A DNA stretch of 64,000 nt. Origin: Eledone cirrhosa (lineage: Eukaryota). Below, piece by piece: positions 13,839 to 26,870 of the stretch (within the stretch, counting starts at the first letter, position 1; each line of letters begins with the position of its first letter). Location of the stretch: NCBI GenBank assembly GCA_964016885.1, contig OZ024747.1, positions 10,850,001 through 10,914,000 of the forward strand, written 5' to 3'. Both the position numbers and the translations under genes were made by a program. The notes beneath the pieces are model-generated. The model was not told the origin of the DNA and did no database searches. It saw only the letters and a list, made by a program, of their open reading frames with translations.

Positions 13839-13887
13839 GCTTCCTGATGATTTCTCCCGAATGAAATAGTACTAGTCCTGTAGAAGC
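13839..13887 (+). ncRNA. Type I hammerhead ribozyme (family E)
   Basis: GCTTC-CTGATGA-T-TTC-tccc-GAA-T-GAAA-TAG-tactagtc-CTG-T-A^GAAGC. 5-bp stem I, 4-bp stem III, GUA site. Confidence 0.7.
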
Positions 13888-13897
13888 CTTTCTATAT

Positions 13898-14073
<176 letters not shown>

Positions 14074-14119
14074 TCTTTCATTATAAATATCTATATATAT
14101 TATATATATATATATATAT

Positions 14120-14930
14120 ACAATAAATGTAATGTGAGTTTTTCGAATATTGATAATAACATTCGATTCGTTTGCAATTATGCAAAAAAGCCTCATTTTT
14201 ATAGCCATGTCAGTAGAATGAACTCTTCATTCTTGCGCTGTGTTGGCATGTAAACAGAACTGCAGACACTAATGACTGATCGGCCTGATTTGCATATTAG
14301 CAGACTGGCTGATCAGTCAGATCTGCATATTAGCAGATCCACTGATTAGCCAGATTTGCATATCAGCAGACTGGCCAGTCAGTTTCCTGTATACGAGCGA
14401 TAAATGGCCGGCTTTACTAAATTCAAATATAAAAAAAAAATGTTCGCTCTCCAAGGCTGAATACAATAAATGTAATCTGAGTTTTTCGAATATTAATAAT
14501 AACATTCGATTCTTTTGCAATATGCAAATCAGGCCGATCAGTCACTGTATATTTCAGAAAATAACATATATTTTCAATAGCTCTGCCAGTTTGCAGGTGA
14601 ACAGTGAGCTGTGCTGATGAGGGGTGATACCCAGAAACATTAGTGTCTGCAGTTCTGTATACGTGCCAACACAAGAGCAAGAATGAAGAGTTCGTTCTAC
14701 TGACAAGGCTATAAAAGTGAGGCTTGTTTGCATAGAGTTACGGCCCTTGCCATTCTGAGTTCAAATCCTGCCGAGGTTAACTTTGCCTTTCATCCTTACG
14801 GGGTCGATAAAAATAAAGTACCAGTAATACACTGAGATAATTGCTGGTCTTGTGCCAAACGTAGAAACAATTATTAAAACTAAGATTACATTTATTGTAT
14901 TCAGCCATGTAGACCGAAAATTTTCTTTTT
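14120..14930. mobile_element. Complex tandem/inverted PLE-like insertion (family F) interrupted by a SINE (14730-14875)
   Basis: 14179-14274 is the reverse complement of 14638-14733. 14120-14178 repeats 14464-14520. 14877-14930 is the reverse complement of 14430-14486. Confidence 0.65.
14606..14655 (+). ncRNA. Type I hammerhead ribozyme with GUC site (family F)
   Basis: GAGCTGTG-CTGATGA-G-GGGT-gat-ACCC-A-GAAA-CA-ttag-TG-T-C^TGCAGTTC. 8-bp stem I including G-U pairs. Confidence 0.75.
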
Positions 14931-14967
14931 TTTACACACACACTCACACACACACACATATATATAT

Positions 14968-15120
14968 ATAGGAAAAGAGTCAGGACCCCGACGGCTGAGT
15001 TCCAGCCGTTTCGGCAGCTAGATCTAGTTGTCGAAACGGCCAGAGCTCAGCAGTCGGGATCCCAAGTATCAAGAACTCTGCTGAATAATGTTCTAACTAG
15101 TTTAATACTGGTTTAATCCT

Positions 15121-15125
<5 letters not shown>
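14968..15125 (+). mobile_element. PLE-like fold-back element, family A (diverged)
   Basis: ggaccccgacggctgagttccagccgtttcggcagctagatctagttgtcgaaacggcc, a hairpin centred near 15023. Confidence 0.65.
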
Positions 15126-15166
<41 letters not shown>

Positions 15167-15609
15167 AGTTTTTTAAGTTTTCCCTTCAAACAATTCTTCT
15201 TCGTTTTACCTTGTTTTCGTTCGTTGTCTTGTCCTGTCTTTGTCAATTTTCTTAAGTTTATTATATGTATGTATGTGTGTATGTACGTATGTTGGTATGT
15301 ATGTATGTTCTTCTGGTTTTATAATTTCACACATTTTTTCCCAATAGAGAGAGAGTCGGTTTCTAACATAGACACGACTCTCTCATTGGAATTTACACAT
15401 CAACTAGGTAGATTATGTATGCATGGATGTTTATGTTTTGAATTGTATGTGTGCATGTGTATATGCTTTGTATCTGTACATGTGTACATGCAGTTATTAG
15501 ATGCAACATTTTGGAATGTTTTACATATTTTTACTGTTCCATTAATGGATTATACTTGTAATTTCCTAACTATGTATGTATGTATGTACGTATGTACGTA
15601 TGTATGTAT

Positions 15610-16460
15610 GAGAGATGACCCCTTAGCCTTTGTCAAGGCAGAATTCTAGGAGAAGGAAAACTCTGATATAGCACCTGCAACCCTGATGGTATCCAATGAT
15701 GTTGACGTGTTCTTCTTTTTGGTAAATATCATCTTGGTTAAGAGAGTGGAACTGGCTTTGTGCAGTGCCTTTGCTCACTATAAAAGCTTCACGGCACAGG
15801 CATTGCTTTATATCTGGAGATCTCTCTGCACTTGTCATCACAGGGTACCATGGGCCCAGCACTATGTGTCAGTAATTGTCACAAGTGTAGTGTTTGTACC
15901 AGAGTTTTCAAGTCGCTGGCTGGACTAAAAAGTCACACTCGTTCAGCGCATCAGTAGGGGTTCTCCTACATGGATATAAAGTAGTGGCCGTACTCGAAAA
16001 CGAGTTGGCAGCCACCACCATGTATGTATGTATGTACGTATGTATGTATGTATGTACGTATGTATATATGTGCGTATGTATGTACGTATGTATGTATGTA
16101 TGCATGTGCGGAAGAACTCAAGACTCAACGGCCATCCAAAAATGTGTAAGTATGTATGTACACATGTACGTATGTATGTATATGCGCGGGGACATAGAAA
16201 TAGTCAGGCTGGATACCCGATCGCGCGGTTAAACCACTAGGAGTGAAGGACCCCTAGCCTTTGTCAGGGCATTCTTCTAAGAGAAGGCAACTCAGGAAAC
16301 TGGGATAACTCCGACATAAAATCTGTGGCTCAGTAGTTACCGATGATGTTGATCTTTTCTTCTTTTCGGGTTATAGCTACTGTCGCTCAGAGAGTGGGAT
16401 TGGCTCAGTGCACAGTCTTTCTTCACTTTAAAAAACATCTTCATGCACAGGCATTGCACG
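15610..16460 (+). repeat. Two diverged copies (15615-15806, 16245-16458) of an interspersed repeat, possibly a LINE 5' region
   Basis: Both share tagcctttgtca..ggca, gagaagg, gatgttga, agagagtgg and gcacaggcattgc. Confidence 0.5.
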
Positions 16461-16738
16461 ATAGAATTAATTGATAATTATTGATAATGTTATATCGTGC
16501 AAGGGCCATACTCTATAACGCGGGGGCAGCCATCATGCATATATATATATATATATATATATAAAGAATTAGTATATCTACCAACATATATATACAGATG
16601 TATACCTATGCAAGCAAATATATAGGTTTTGTCTTAGTAACTTTGTGGTTCAATGCAAGGGGATGCAGAACAATTATATGAAAAACGTAAAATAAGAAAA
16701 TTATAGTAATTAGCTTACTTACTATAGTAATTAGCTTA

Positions 16739-16798
<60 letters not shown>

Positions 16799-16808
<10 letters not shown>

Positions 16809-17202
16809 TAAACGGAATAGAAAATGTTGACAAATTGTTCACAGTTGAAAAATGGTTTCATTAGGAATAAAAGAGTATTAGTGATTGTATGGGTTAGTAT
16901 TCAGTTGTGGTTTTAAGTTTTTAAGTTTTTACCGGTTGCGCATTTCTAAATGCTTTTCAAAAATAATTTTGAGATAGAGTGTCCGTGCTGTTTGCTCTGA
17001 TCAGAGCAAACAGCACGGACACTCTATCTCAAAATTATTTTTGAAAAGCATTTAGAAATGCGCAACCGGTAAAAACTTAAAAACTTAAAACCACAACTGA
17101 ATACTAACCCATACAATCACTAATACTCTTTTATTCCTAATGAAACCATTTTTCAACTGTGAACAATTTGTCAACATTTTCTATTCCGTTTACCAATATA
17201 TA
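16799..17202. repeat. Perfect spacer-less 404-bp palindrome
   Basis: Checked block by block: 16799-17000 is the exact reverse complement of 17001-17202. Centre ctctga|tcagag. Confidence 0.97.
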
Positions 17203-18419
17203 ATAACTTGTGTGTTACACCTCTATTCTTTTAACTATATATATATATATATATACATGTGAATCTATGTATATATGTATATATATGTATATATATGTAT
17301 ATATATGTATATATATGTGTGTATGTGTGTTGTACCCCCGCCCAATCTCCTACTACTAGGTTTCATTAACACACAATTGGTCACTCCCAGGCTATTCTGA
17401 ATCCGGAACTATTGGACACGAACTTCTTAAACACCAACATTTTTGTTTATATGAGTAATCTTCCTGATTAAAATGTTACTGCTTGTTTTAACTTGTCGCC
17501 AACTCGGTCGCTAACCTAATTCACTTTACATATATACTATGAAAATATCTTTATATTCCATTAACATTCGTACAAGGATGTACATATGTATATGTATGCG
17601 TGTGTAAATATACATACATACATGCATATATGCATATATACATACATATATACACACATTCATACATACATATAAATATATGTATGTTTATTCGCCCATA
17701 CATACATACGTACGTACGTACATAGATTCATACATACACGCATACATATATATTTATTTTCTATTATGCAATTGGTGAAACCGTATGTAAAACGGCGCCA
17801 GGCCATATGAAGCAGGAGCAAAGCCAAGGCTCCCAGTAGCCTTGCTGGGAATTTCTATATAATCCCCTTCATACCCTATTCATTCCGTGTTTGTGAATGA
17901 AAGGGGAAAAGAAGAATACTATTATTGTTTAACATAAATCTGACCTCGATCCTGTTACATACTTTGACATCCATACAAACAGGCTCGACTATAACAACCA
18001 CACCTTCCTATTTTAGACTGCATTTCCTCAGAGCTCCGTCGCCACTTTTCGGTGGAAAACTATAATACAATAAAGATCCTTCCCCTTTTTCATCGAAAAA
18101 CTAGCCAGTTTTTCGACATTAATGATATAAAGCTTACAACAGAGACATCTACAATAAATATCCTTTCCTTTCATTGAAAAAAGTAGCCATTTTCTCAACA
18201 TTAATTATATAAAACTTACGGCAGAGACAACTCGTTTGATCTTGGACGAGAGTTGCAGTGCGAAGCGTCACATTGCTCGGATGTCCGACATTTTGAATTT
18301 ACTGACTGTGATCTAAGATTTAGAATCTCTTCACTTGGAACTGCTTCAGGTTGTTATAACATTCCTTGTAAGCAGTAAGGTATGGAAACAACTTTTCTAA
18401 GATATTATGGATGATTAAT

Positions 18420-18930
18420 ACTTACGTGAAGAATTCCATAGCGGACAACAGACTGGGGCATTTAGGCACAATAGCTATGGATAGACGACGTGAGGAACAT
18501 CGGGATCTTCAAGGCTTCCTAGTTCGTTTTATCGTTTTACAGCAAAATTACGACGAAACAGACGAACGAATTACCGTTGTGTTGGTTGTCCTACTACAAT
18601 AGATGCCGCCATCTTTCTTGTCACGTTATTTGTTTTATTTATTGAATCATTGCAATGAAACGGAGACGATTTTTGCATTTGATTAATAGCATAAAAGTCG
18701 TACGATTACTTATCTAAACTATACTCGTCCTCATAGTTTTCTGGCCAAACCTTGTCCGGGTTGGTACAAAAGATTGGCGCCACCATTACAATAGTATCTT
18801 TGCCTGCAACTTTCCAAAGGACCAATCAATGGTTCATTGCATATTGGAGAGGGAGAGTGACGAGAAGGTGCAAGTAACTCGAGCCAGAAGAGATTTAGAT
18901 GGCGAGTCTGATAAGGGAGTGTCTGGCTAA
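18420..18930 (-). promoter_or_regulatory. Candidate promoter / non-coding first exon
   Basis: YY1-like AAGATGGCGGC (18605-18615, minus strand), CCAAT boxes at 18772, 18822 and 18843, GTAAGT donor at 18425-18420, in non-repetitive CpG-containing sequence. Confidence 0.35.
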
Positions 18931-18954
18931 ATGAGACGAAATATATACAAGGTA

Positions 18955-19104
<150 letters not shown>

Positions 19105-19133
19105 GCATGTCTGAGCAGGTATTTATATATGTA

Positions 19134-19177
<44 letters not shown>

Positions 19178-19334
19178 TATTATATATATATATATATTTA
19201 TTTATAAATACACTCACAAACACAGACATATATATATACGCTCACACGTATGAACATATATATATATATTTGTGTGTGTGTGTGTGTGTGTGTGTGCAGG
19301 TGTACATGCGTATATACGTATGTATTTAATGTAT

Positions 19335-19413
<79 letters not shown>

Positions 19414-19500
19414 CATATGTATACACATGTACATATATATATATATATATATTAGGATGTATGTATGTACATATGTATACACATGTACACATATGTATGC

Positions 19501-19559
<59 letters not shown>

Positions 19560-19690
19560 TGTGTGAATGTGTGTGTTTACATATGTACGTATGTGTGTAT
19601 ACATATATATATATATATATACACACATACGTATATATGTATGTGTGTGTTTATGTATATATATATGTGTGTATATGTATATATATGTAT

Positions 19691-19737
<47 letters not shown>

Positions 19738-19954
19738 TATGTGTCTATAATGTGTCTATTATTTATTTTATTAGATTTAGTTATTTGTGCCACCCAGTCT
19801 ATGATGGCGTCATCAATGACACACAGCGGGGCAGTGTCGCCGTTCTCTTTCATATTTACCAGGCGGCGTTGCACTTTTCATCGCTAATAGATATCTGCAC
19901 ACACACACTCTCTCTCTCTCATACACACATACACACACATACATACACATATAC

Positions 19955-20016
<62 letters not shown>

Positions 20017-20116
20017 TCACACACACGGACACACATACACACATACACACATGTATATATAAATACACACACACACACACACAGACATGCAAACACACAC
20101 ACACAGACACACACAG

Positions 20117-20151
<35 letters not shown>

Positions 20152-20167
20152 CACAGACACACACAAG

Positions 20168-20215
<48 letters not shown>

Positions 20216-20328
20216 TACACACATACACACATGTATATATAAATACACACACTCAGACATGCAAACACACATACACAGACACACACAGATACACACACAC
20301 ATATATATATATACACAGACACACACAA

Positions 20329-20367
<39 letters not shown>

Positions 20368-20785
20368 AACACACGCACACATACACATATACACTCTCTC
20401 TGTCTATTACTTCTTTCATACACACACATACACACATACACACATACACACATACACATACATACACACATACATACAAACCCACACACCTACACATACA
20501 CACACACATACACCCACACACCCACACACACACACATACGCACACATACACACACATACACCCACACACACATACACATACACCCGCACACATACACGCA
20601 CATACACACATACGCACACATACACACACATACACCCACACACACATACACATTTACCCACACACACATACACACACATACACATTCACACACATACACA
20701 CGCACGCACACACACAAATCTACATGTGTGTATTCTTATACTTACATATATTCAGAAATCAGCAAAAAATTAAACGGCGACATAT

Positions 20786-20849
<64 letters not shown>

Positions 20850-20914
20850 GTATGTGTGTGTGTGTGAGTGTATATGTGTCGGTGTGAATGTATATATATG
20901 TATGAGCACACACA

Positions 20915-20971
<57 letters not shown>

Positions 20972-21102
20972 ATGTAGGAGGTGAGTTTTATTGTAGTACA
21001 ATAAAGCAATGCAGATATCGGATAAGAAGCACTCTACAGTTTGTAGGACTGGAGTATACATAATAATATATAAGATCAAAAGATGGTTAAATGAGTTCCA
21101 TG

Positions 21103-21173
21103 TATTTTATTATGCGCATTTCAAAAACAAATATCATCATGCAATAACATTTGCGTTTTCGTCAGATAAAATA
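21103..21173 (-). ncRNA. Type I hammerhead ribozyme (family G, minus-strand copy)
   Basis: Exact reverse complement of 21285-21355. Confidence 0.8.
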
Positions 21174-21284
21174 GGGAGACATGATATGAAGATTAAAACA
21201 CACTTGTGAATAGTGCAGTTTTAAATCAACATATCAAAACTGCACTATTCACAAGTGTGTTTTAATCTTCATATCATGTCTCCC

Positions 21285-21355
21285 TATTTTATCTGACGAA
21301 AACGCAAATGTTATTGCATGATGATATTTGTTTTTGAAATGCGCATAATAAAATA
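21285..21355 (+). ncRNA. Type I hammerhead ribozyme (family G)
   Basis: TATTTTAT-CTGACGA-stem II (caaatgttatt/gatgatatttg)-GAA-ATGCGCAT(palindrome)-A^ATAAAATA. 8-bp stem I. Confidence 0.8.
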
Positions 21356-21383
21356 CATGGAACTCATTTAACCATCTTTTGAT

Positions 21384-21420
<37 letters not shown>

Positions 21421-22070
21421 GTGAGCGTGTGGGGTCTTTAGGGTTTGTTTTCGTCTTGTCGGCTTTGTATGTTTATTGTTTATACACACACACACACACA
21501 CAGTGTATACACACACACAGTGTATATACACACACAAAGGGTACACACACACACACAGTGTAAACACACACACACACACACACACAGTGTATACACATAC
21601 ACAGTGTATATACACACACAAAGGGTACACACACACACACACAGTGTAAACACACACACGCACACACACAGTGTATACACACACACACAGTGTATACACA
21701 CACGCACACACACAGAGTGTATACACACACACACACAGTGTATTCACACACACACACACACACACTGTGTATATACATACACACACAATCTCTTTCCCTT
21801 CCTCCACACTCTTTCCCATCTCCCACTATATATATATAGTGTATGTGTGTGTGTGTATGTGTGTTTGTGCTTATATTTATGTAACTGACGTTGTTTATGT
21901 ATATGTAGTAGTTGTTGTTGTTCTTATTGTTTGTGATCTTACTGTTTGTCGGTAGCTTCCCAGTACCTCCGACCTGTGACTTTTTACCTGTATTTACCTG
22001 TATTTATCTATATTTACCTATATATTCATTCGTACATTTATACGTGTGTGTGTGTATGTATATGTATATG

Positions 22071-22154
<84 letters not shown>

Positions 22155-22155
<1 letters not shown>

Positions 22156-22382
22156 GCAAGAGATATCAACATGAATGGACCTGTTATTTTTATCTAAAGA
22201 CATTTTTTCAAATTCCATCCCGCTCGTCCCCTCAATCTATTTTATTTCTCATTCTTTCTTCTGACGAAGGACTAGCGTCCGAAACGTTAAGACCCTCTTC
22301 CTGCTGTATGAAGCGTTAGCCTAATATATACCTTCCATATACTGTACGGATTGTGTTGTTATTTCTGTTTACCTTTTACATA
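22155..22382 (+). mobile_element. ~225-bp hammerhead-bearing short element, family C (copy 1)
   Basis: Near-identical copies at 22981-23200 (+), 54665-54900 (-) and 59996-60157 (-), all ending at microsatellites. Confidence 0.8.
22257..22292 (+). ncRNA. Minimal type I hammerhead ribozyme (family C)
   Basis: TCTT-CTGACGA-A-GGAC-tagc-GTCC-GAA-ACGT(palindrome)-T^AAGA. Confidence 0.8.
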
Positions 22383-22452
22383 CATATAAATAAATATATA
22401 TATCTCTTTTACCTGTTTCAGCCATCCGGCTGAGGCCATGCTGGGGCACAGC

Positions 22453-22505
<53 letters not shown>

Positions 22506-23076
22506 AAATTAAGATAAATTAAATGAATTTAATCCAAATCAAAATTATGGGTGTCATGCCAGAAAGACATGCGCCATATCACCCGGAAGATTAATCATAT
22601 TATAAGGTATCTGTTTTTGAAGTTTTGGTCAACTTTATTTAGTTACCTACCTAGCTATGTGTGGTTACACACTTGTAAAAATTATCTCCTGTGATTATTC
22701 ATGTTTATATATATGTTAATCAATTTATAGTTATTATAAATATACAGTATATATACATACAAACATATATATATATTCATTGAGGTGTGGTGGTTCACCA
22801 GTGGATAGAACTGGTCATTCCGTATAGTTAATGTGATAGTAGGAAAAGCACTCGACGTTGGCAACTCACCTACCTTTGATGTTGAATCCTGTTGGTGGTA
22901 CGGGAACGGAGTTAATTATTATTGAATAGTCCGACCTCCTGTCATTTTATTCAACACTATATATATATATACATATATATAGATGTCAACATGAATGGAC
23001 CTATTATTTTTATCTAAAGACATTTTTTCAAATTCCATCCCGCCCGTCCCCTCAATCTATTTTATTTCTCATTCTT

Positions 23077-23112
23077 TCTTCTGACGAAGGACTAGCGTCC
23101 GAAACGTTAAGA
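23077..23112 (+). ncRNA. Minimal type I hammerhead ribozyme (family C, copy 2)
   Basis: Identical to 22257-22292, 820 bp downstream. Confidence 0.8.
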
Positions 23113-23216
23113 CCCTCTTCCTGCTGTATGAAGCGTTAGCCTAATATATACCTTCCATATACTGTACCGATTGTGTTGTTATTTCTGTTTACCTTTTACA
23201 TACATATATATATATG

Positions 23217-23293
<77 letters not shown>

Positions 23294-24569
23294 TTTCTTT
23301 AGTCAAAAATACGGCAAAAGCTATTTTTATTTTTAAATTCGCTCGCTGAGAGAGGAGAGAAGGGGGGAGATGAGAGGAAGAGAGTGGTAGGGGAGAGAGA
23401 GAGGATGGGGGAGACGGAGTGGGAGGGGGAGAGAGAGAAGAGTAAGAGAGAGGTAGGGGAGAGAGGGGGATGGGGAGAGAGAGTGGTGGGGGAGAGAGAG
23501 GAGAGGAAGAGAGATGGGTGGGGGAGGTAGGGGAGAGAGCGGATGGGGGGGGGTAAGAGAGCGGTAGTGGAGAGAGTGGGGATGGGGAGAGAGGGGTGTA
23601 GGGAGAGAGAGAGGTGGGGGAGAGAGAGGAGAGGAAGAAAGAGGACGGGGGAGAGAGAGGTGGGGAGAGAGAGGGGAGGGGAGAGAGAGGAGAGTGAGAG
23701 AGAGGTAAGGGAGAGAGAGAGGATGGGGAGAGAGGGGTAGAGGAGAGAGAGGTGGGGGAGAGAGAGAGGAGAGGAAGAGAGAGGGGTATGTGTGGGGGGA
23801 GAGAAAGTGGGGGAAGAGAGAGAAACGTAATTGTGGCAGTCGTTGTTTGTAATTCCTTCTGTAACACATTACCATGTGAAGGATTCTAGAATGTTGACAG
23901 AATATATAAGGTTACTGGGGGACGAAACGTGAAAGTCTATTTAAAGGAAGCAGTTTTCACGGGGATAGCATCCTTGTTTGGACTTCTCCTAACTGTTTTC
24001 AGTCCCTGGCCACAATGTGGTTTGTTGTTGATTCCCCACTTTTTTTCCTCTTTAATCCTTTACTGGCTTCAGTCATTAGACACCAGAACTTATTTTCTTT
24101 CAAATCTGAGAGACATTTTAATCAATATCATTTTGTCGAACAGACAACAAACAGGAAAATATGGCAGAAGATGAAAAAAAACAAGAAGGACAGGTTAACA
24201 GAAAAACAACAACAACAAAAAAAAAAAATAGATGGCACAGAAAAAAAACGTTTTATCGAATACCAGGAAAAAATATTTAGGGACAAACAGGTAAAAATGA
24301 AGTAGAATTGTGATACGAATATTAAGGAGTCAGTCTGTAGACATGGGGGACACTCACAGACAAGAGAGAAGGAAAGGGTATAAGAAGGAAAAAATCCCTT
24401 ACAGATGGATAGAGATAGAATGACAGGAGAAGAGAATGAATATGGAGAGGTGCCTAACAGACCTGGGAGAAAATAAGGGACGGGAGGAGGGGGGGGGGGG
24501 TCGAGTAAGTGGTCCCAAGTAGAGTAAATAGAAAAACTGGGACGAGAATTCAGAATAGAAAGTGCGAAG

Positions 24570-24806
24570 TATGGAAAGCTGAACAAATATGCTAGGTTGA
24601 TCAAATATGGAAGGCTGAACAAGATATGGAAGGCTGAACAAATATGGAAGGCTGATCAAATATGGAAGGCTGATCAAATATGGAAGGCTGATCAAATATG
24701 GATGGCTGAACAAATATGGAAGGCTGAACAAATAGGAAAGGCTGAACAAATATGGAAGGCTAAACAGATATGGAAGGCTGAACAAGATATGGAAGGCTGA
24801 ACAGAT
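24570..24806. repeat. 18-bp minisatellite (tatggaaggctgaacaaa)
   Basis: About 12-13 tandem units. Confidence 0.9.
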
Positions 24807-24902
24807 ATAAATAAGGAGGTGTATGGTGACAGCTAAAATAGCAATCGAAGGAGACAAGAGAATACCGTGTAGTGTTAATGTAATATATGAAGTAGAAAAC
24901 AG

Positions 24903-25103
<201 letters not shown>

Positions 25104-25370
25104 TACTATGTTCCCCCCTACGACTGTGTGTCATTGTACCACCTCTACAACTTGGCAGAACCACATCTGGCCAAGGTTTGTAACTGACACTCTTGTGGCC
25201 ACGACCAGAACCTCTACAATGCCACCACGAGTTACCTGTCCATACATACAAGCATAACATGTACATAGAGCTACATAGACACACGCACACACATACACAC
25301 ACACACGAACACACGGACACACACACACACGGACTCACACACACACGCACATACACGCACACACATACAC

Positions 25371-25408
<38 letters not shown>

Positions 25409-25721
25409 GGACACACACACACACACACACGGACATACACACATACACACACACGCACACACGCACACACGCACGCACGCACTCACACACACACACACAC
25501 ATACACGCACACACATACACACACACACGCACATACACGCACACACATACACACACACGCGCGCGCGCGCACGCACACACACACACACGGACATACATAC
25601 ATACACACACACACGGACACACACACACACAGAGACACACACACACAGACACACACACAACATACAGACACACACACACTCAGACACACACCCACAGACA
25701 CTCATACACACACACACACAG

Positions 25722-25791
<70 letters not shown>

Positions 25792-26420
25792 GAAGGGTTC
25801 CTGCCAAATTTCCTTCCATCATATTCTACACTCAAGATATTGGCCGACCCAAAGCTGTGAAGTGGGTTCGGCCCCAGAACTATGTTGCAGTGAAGTGAAG
25901 GTCTTATCTACCAGCCATATGGTAACTACAAGTTTTTTTAGAGCGTGAAGATATATTCAAGATCTCCATTTGCACCTACTTCACTGTTGCCTGTGTAGCT
26001 GCTGAGATTCGCTGATTAGAACCCCTTCTTTTAAAGCAGATATGACAAATAAAATTGGCCCAAGAACGGTACTTTGTAGTACTCCACCCTTTATTGGGTA
26101 CTTTTTAGATAGGGAACATTTGACTACTACCACAAGATTTATGTCATAAGGTATCAGAGAGTTAAGGTTTACAGCCTCTTTGTTATGATGAATGTGTTCG
26201 TCTTGTAACATAAAACATTAGGCCTGATTTAGTCAATAGTAAGCCAGTGACTCTAACTATTAACACTATCACCATTTTGCCGAATTAAAACTAAATCAAA
26301 CATACGCTGTGTTTCATCTCTGCATATGTTACTTTTACAAAACAGGCATATACACACATGTGTAAGGTCACAGATCCTTTGGTCATTTAAAAACCTCTAA
26401 CTGATAAAATGATAAGTCAG

Positions 26421-26870
26421 TCAATCATATTGGTGGCCTCCCACAGCCCCGGCGGACAGAATAGAGAAGGCGTTTCCCCGGAAGACGGCAAGGGAGACGC
26501 GCTGGAAAAGCCATTCCAGCTTGCGAGGCTCACACCTGCGGCTGGCCAGCTCAGCGCCTATGGTGGTGAGTAGGGTGGTAGCCATAGGGCCGAGGACACT
26601 AGAAGTCTCCGCTGCCAAGGGTACAACCGCAAACCTGCCGGAGAGCGACCGGTATTTGAAGAGTTTGGCCTCCTCAGCCCGACGTGCAGCAGAACCTGGG
26701 TTAGTCGCAGACTGCACCAGGTTGCGGCTGGAGAAAGTGTCGGTGCAAGTGGCATCCCATACGAGGGGTTTGCCACCGCGGAACAGGAAGATGGTCATGC
26801 CATCTGACCTTTTGCCGTCCCCTCGGTCCAGCCTCACCGGTTCGAGCTGGTAAGGGAAGCCTGCATCGTC
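26421..26870 (-). CDS. C-terminal restriction-like (PD-D/ExK) endonuclease domain of a CRE-type non-LTR retrotransposon (5'-truncated)
   Basis: LEP..L.RGDGKRSDG.T...F.GG..LVWDATC.DT...AEEAK..KY..L...PLAAET...QRVSLAVFRGNAFSI matches the RLE-domain pattern. Higher GC than the flanks. Confidence 0.8.
   Translation of the reverse strand, partial: DDAGFPYQLEPVRLDRGDGKRSDGMTIFLFRGGKPLVWDATCTDTFSSRNLVQSATNPGSAARRAEEAKLFKYRSLSGRFAVVPLAAETSSVLGPMATTLLTTIGAELASRRCEPRKLEWLFQRVSLAVFRGNAFSILSAGAVGGHQYD

Larger units (their letters stand above)
21066..21392. repeat. Palindrome with perfect 157-bp arms and 13-bp spacer (family G fold-back)
   Basis: 21066-21222 is the exact reverse complement of 21236-21392. 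The longer arm continues to ~20971 and ends at (TA)n. Confidence 0.95.

Noticed and set aside
15340-15410. Hairpin followed by CTAG, like a Helitron 3' end
   Set aside because: Single copy in the window and no identifiable 5' end, so support is insufficient.
24597-24800. IWKAEQ/IWKADQ repeat ORF
   Set aside because: Translation of an 18-bp minisatellite, with no splice or homology support.
26040-26110. GGVLQSTVLGPILF, similar to the RT motif GVPQGSVLGP of CR1/Jockey LINEs
   Set aside because: Too short and degenerate to call.
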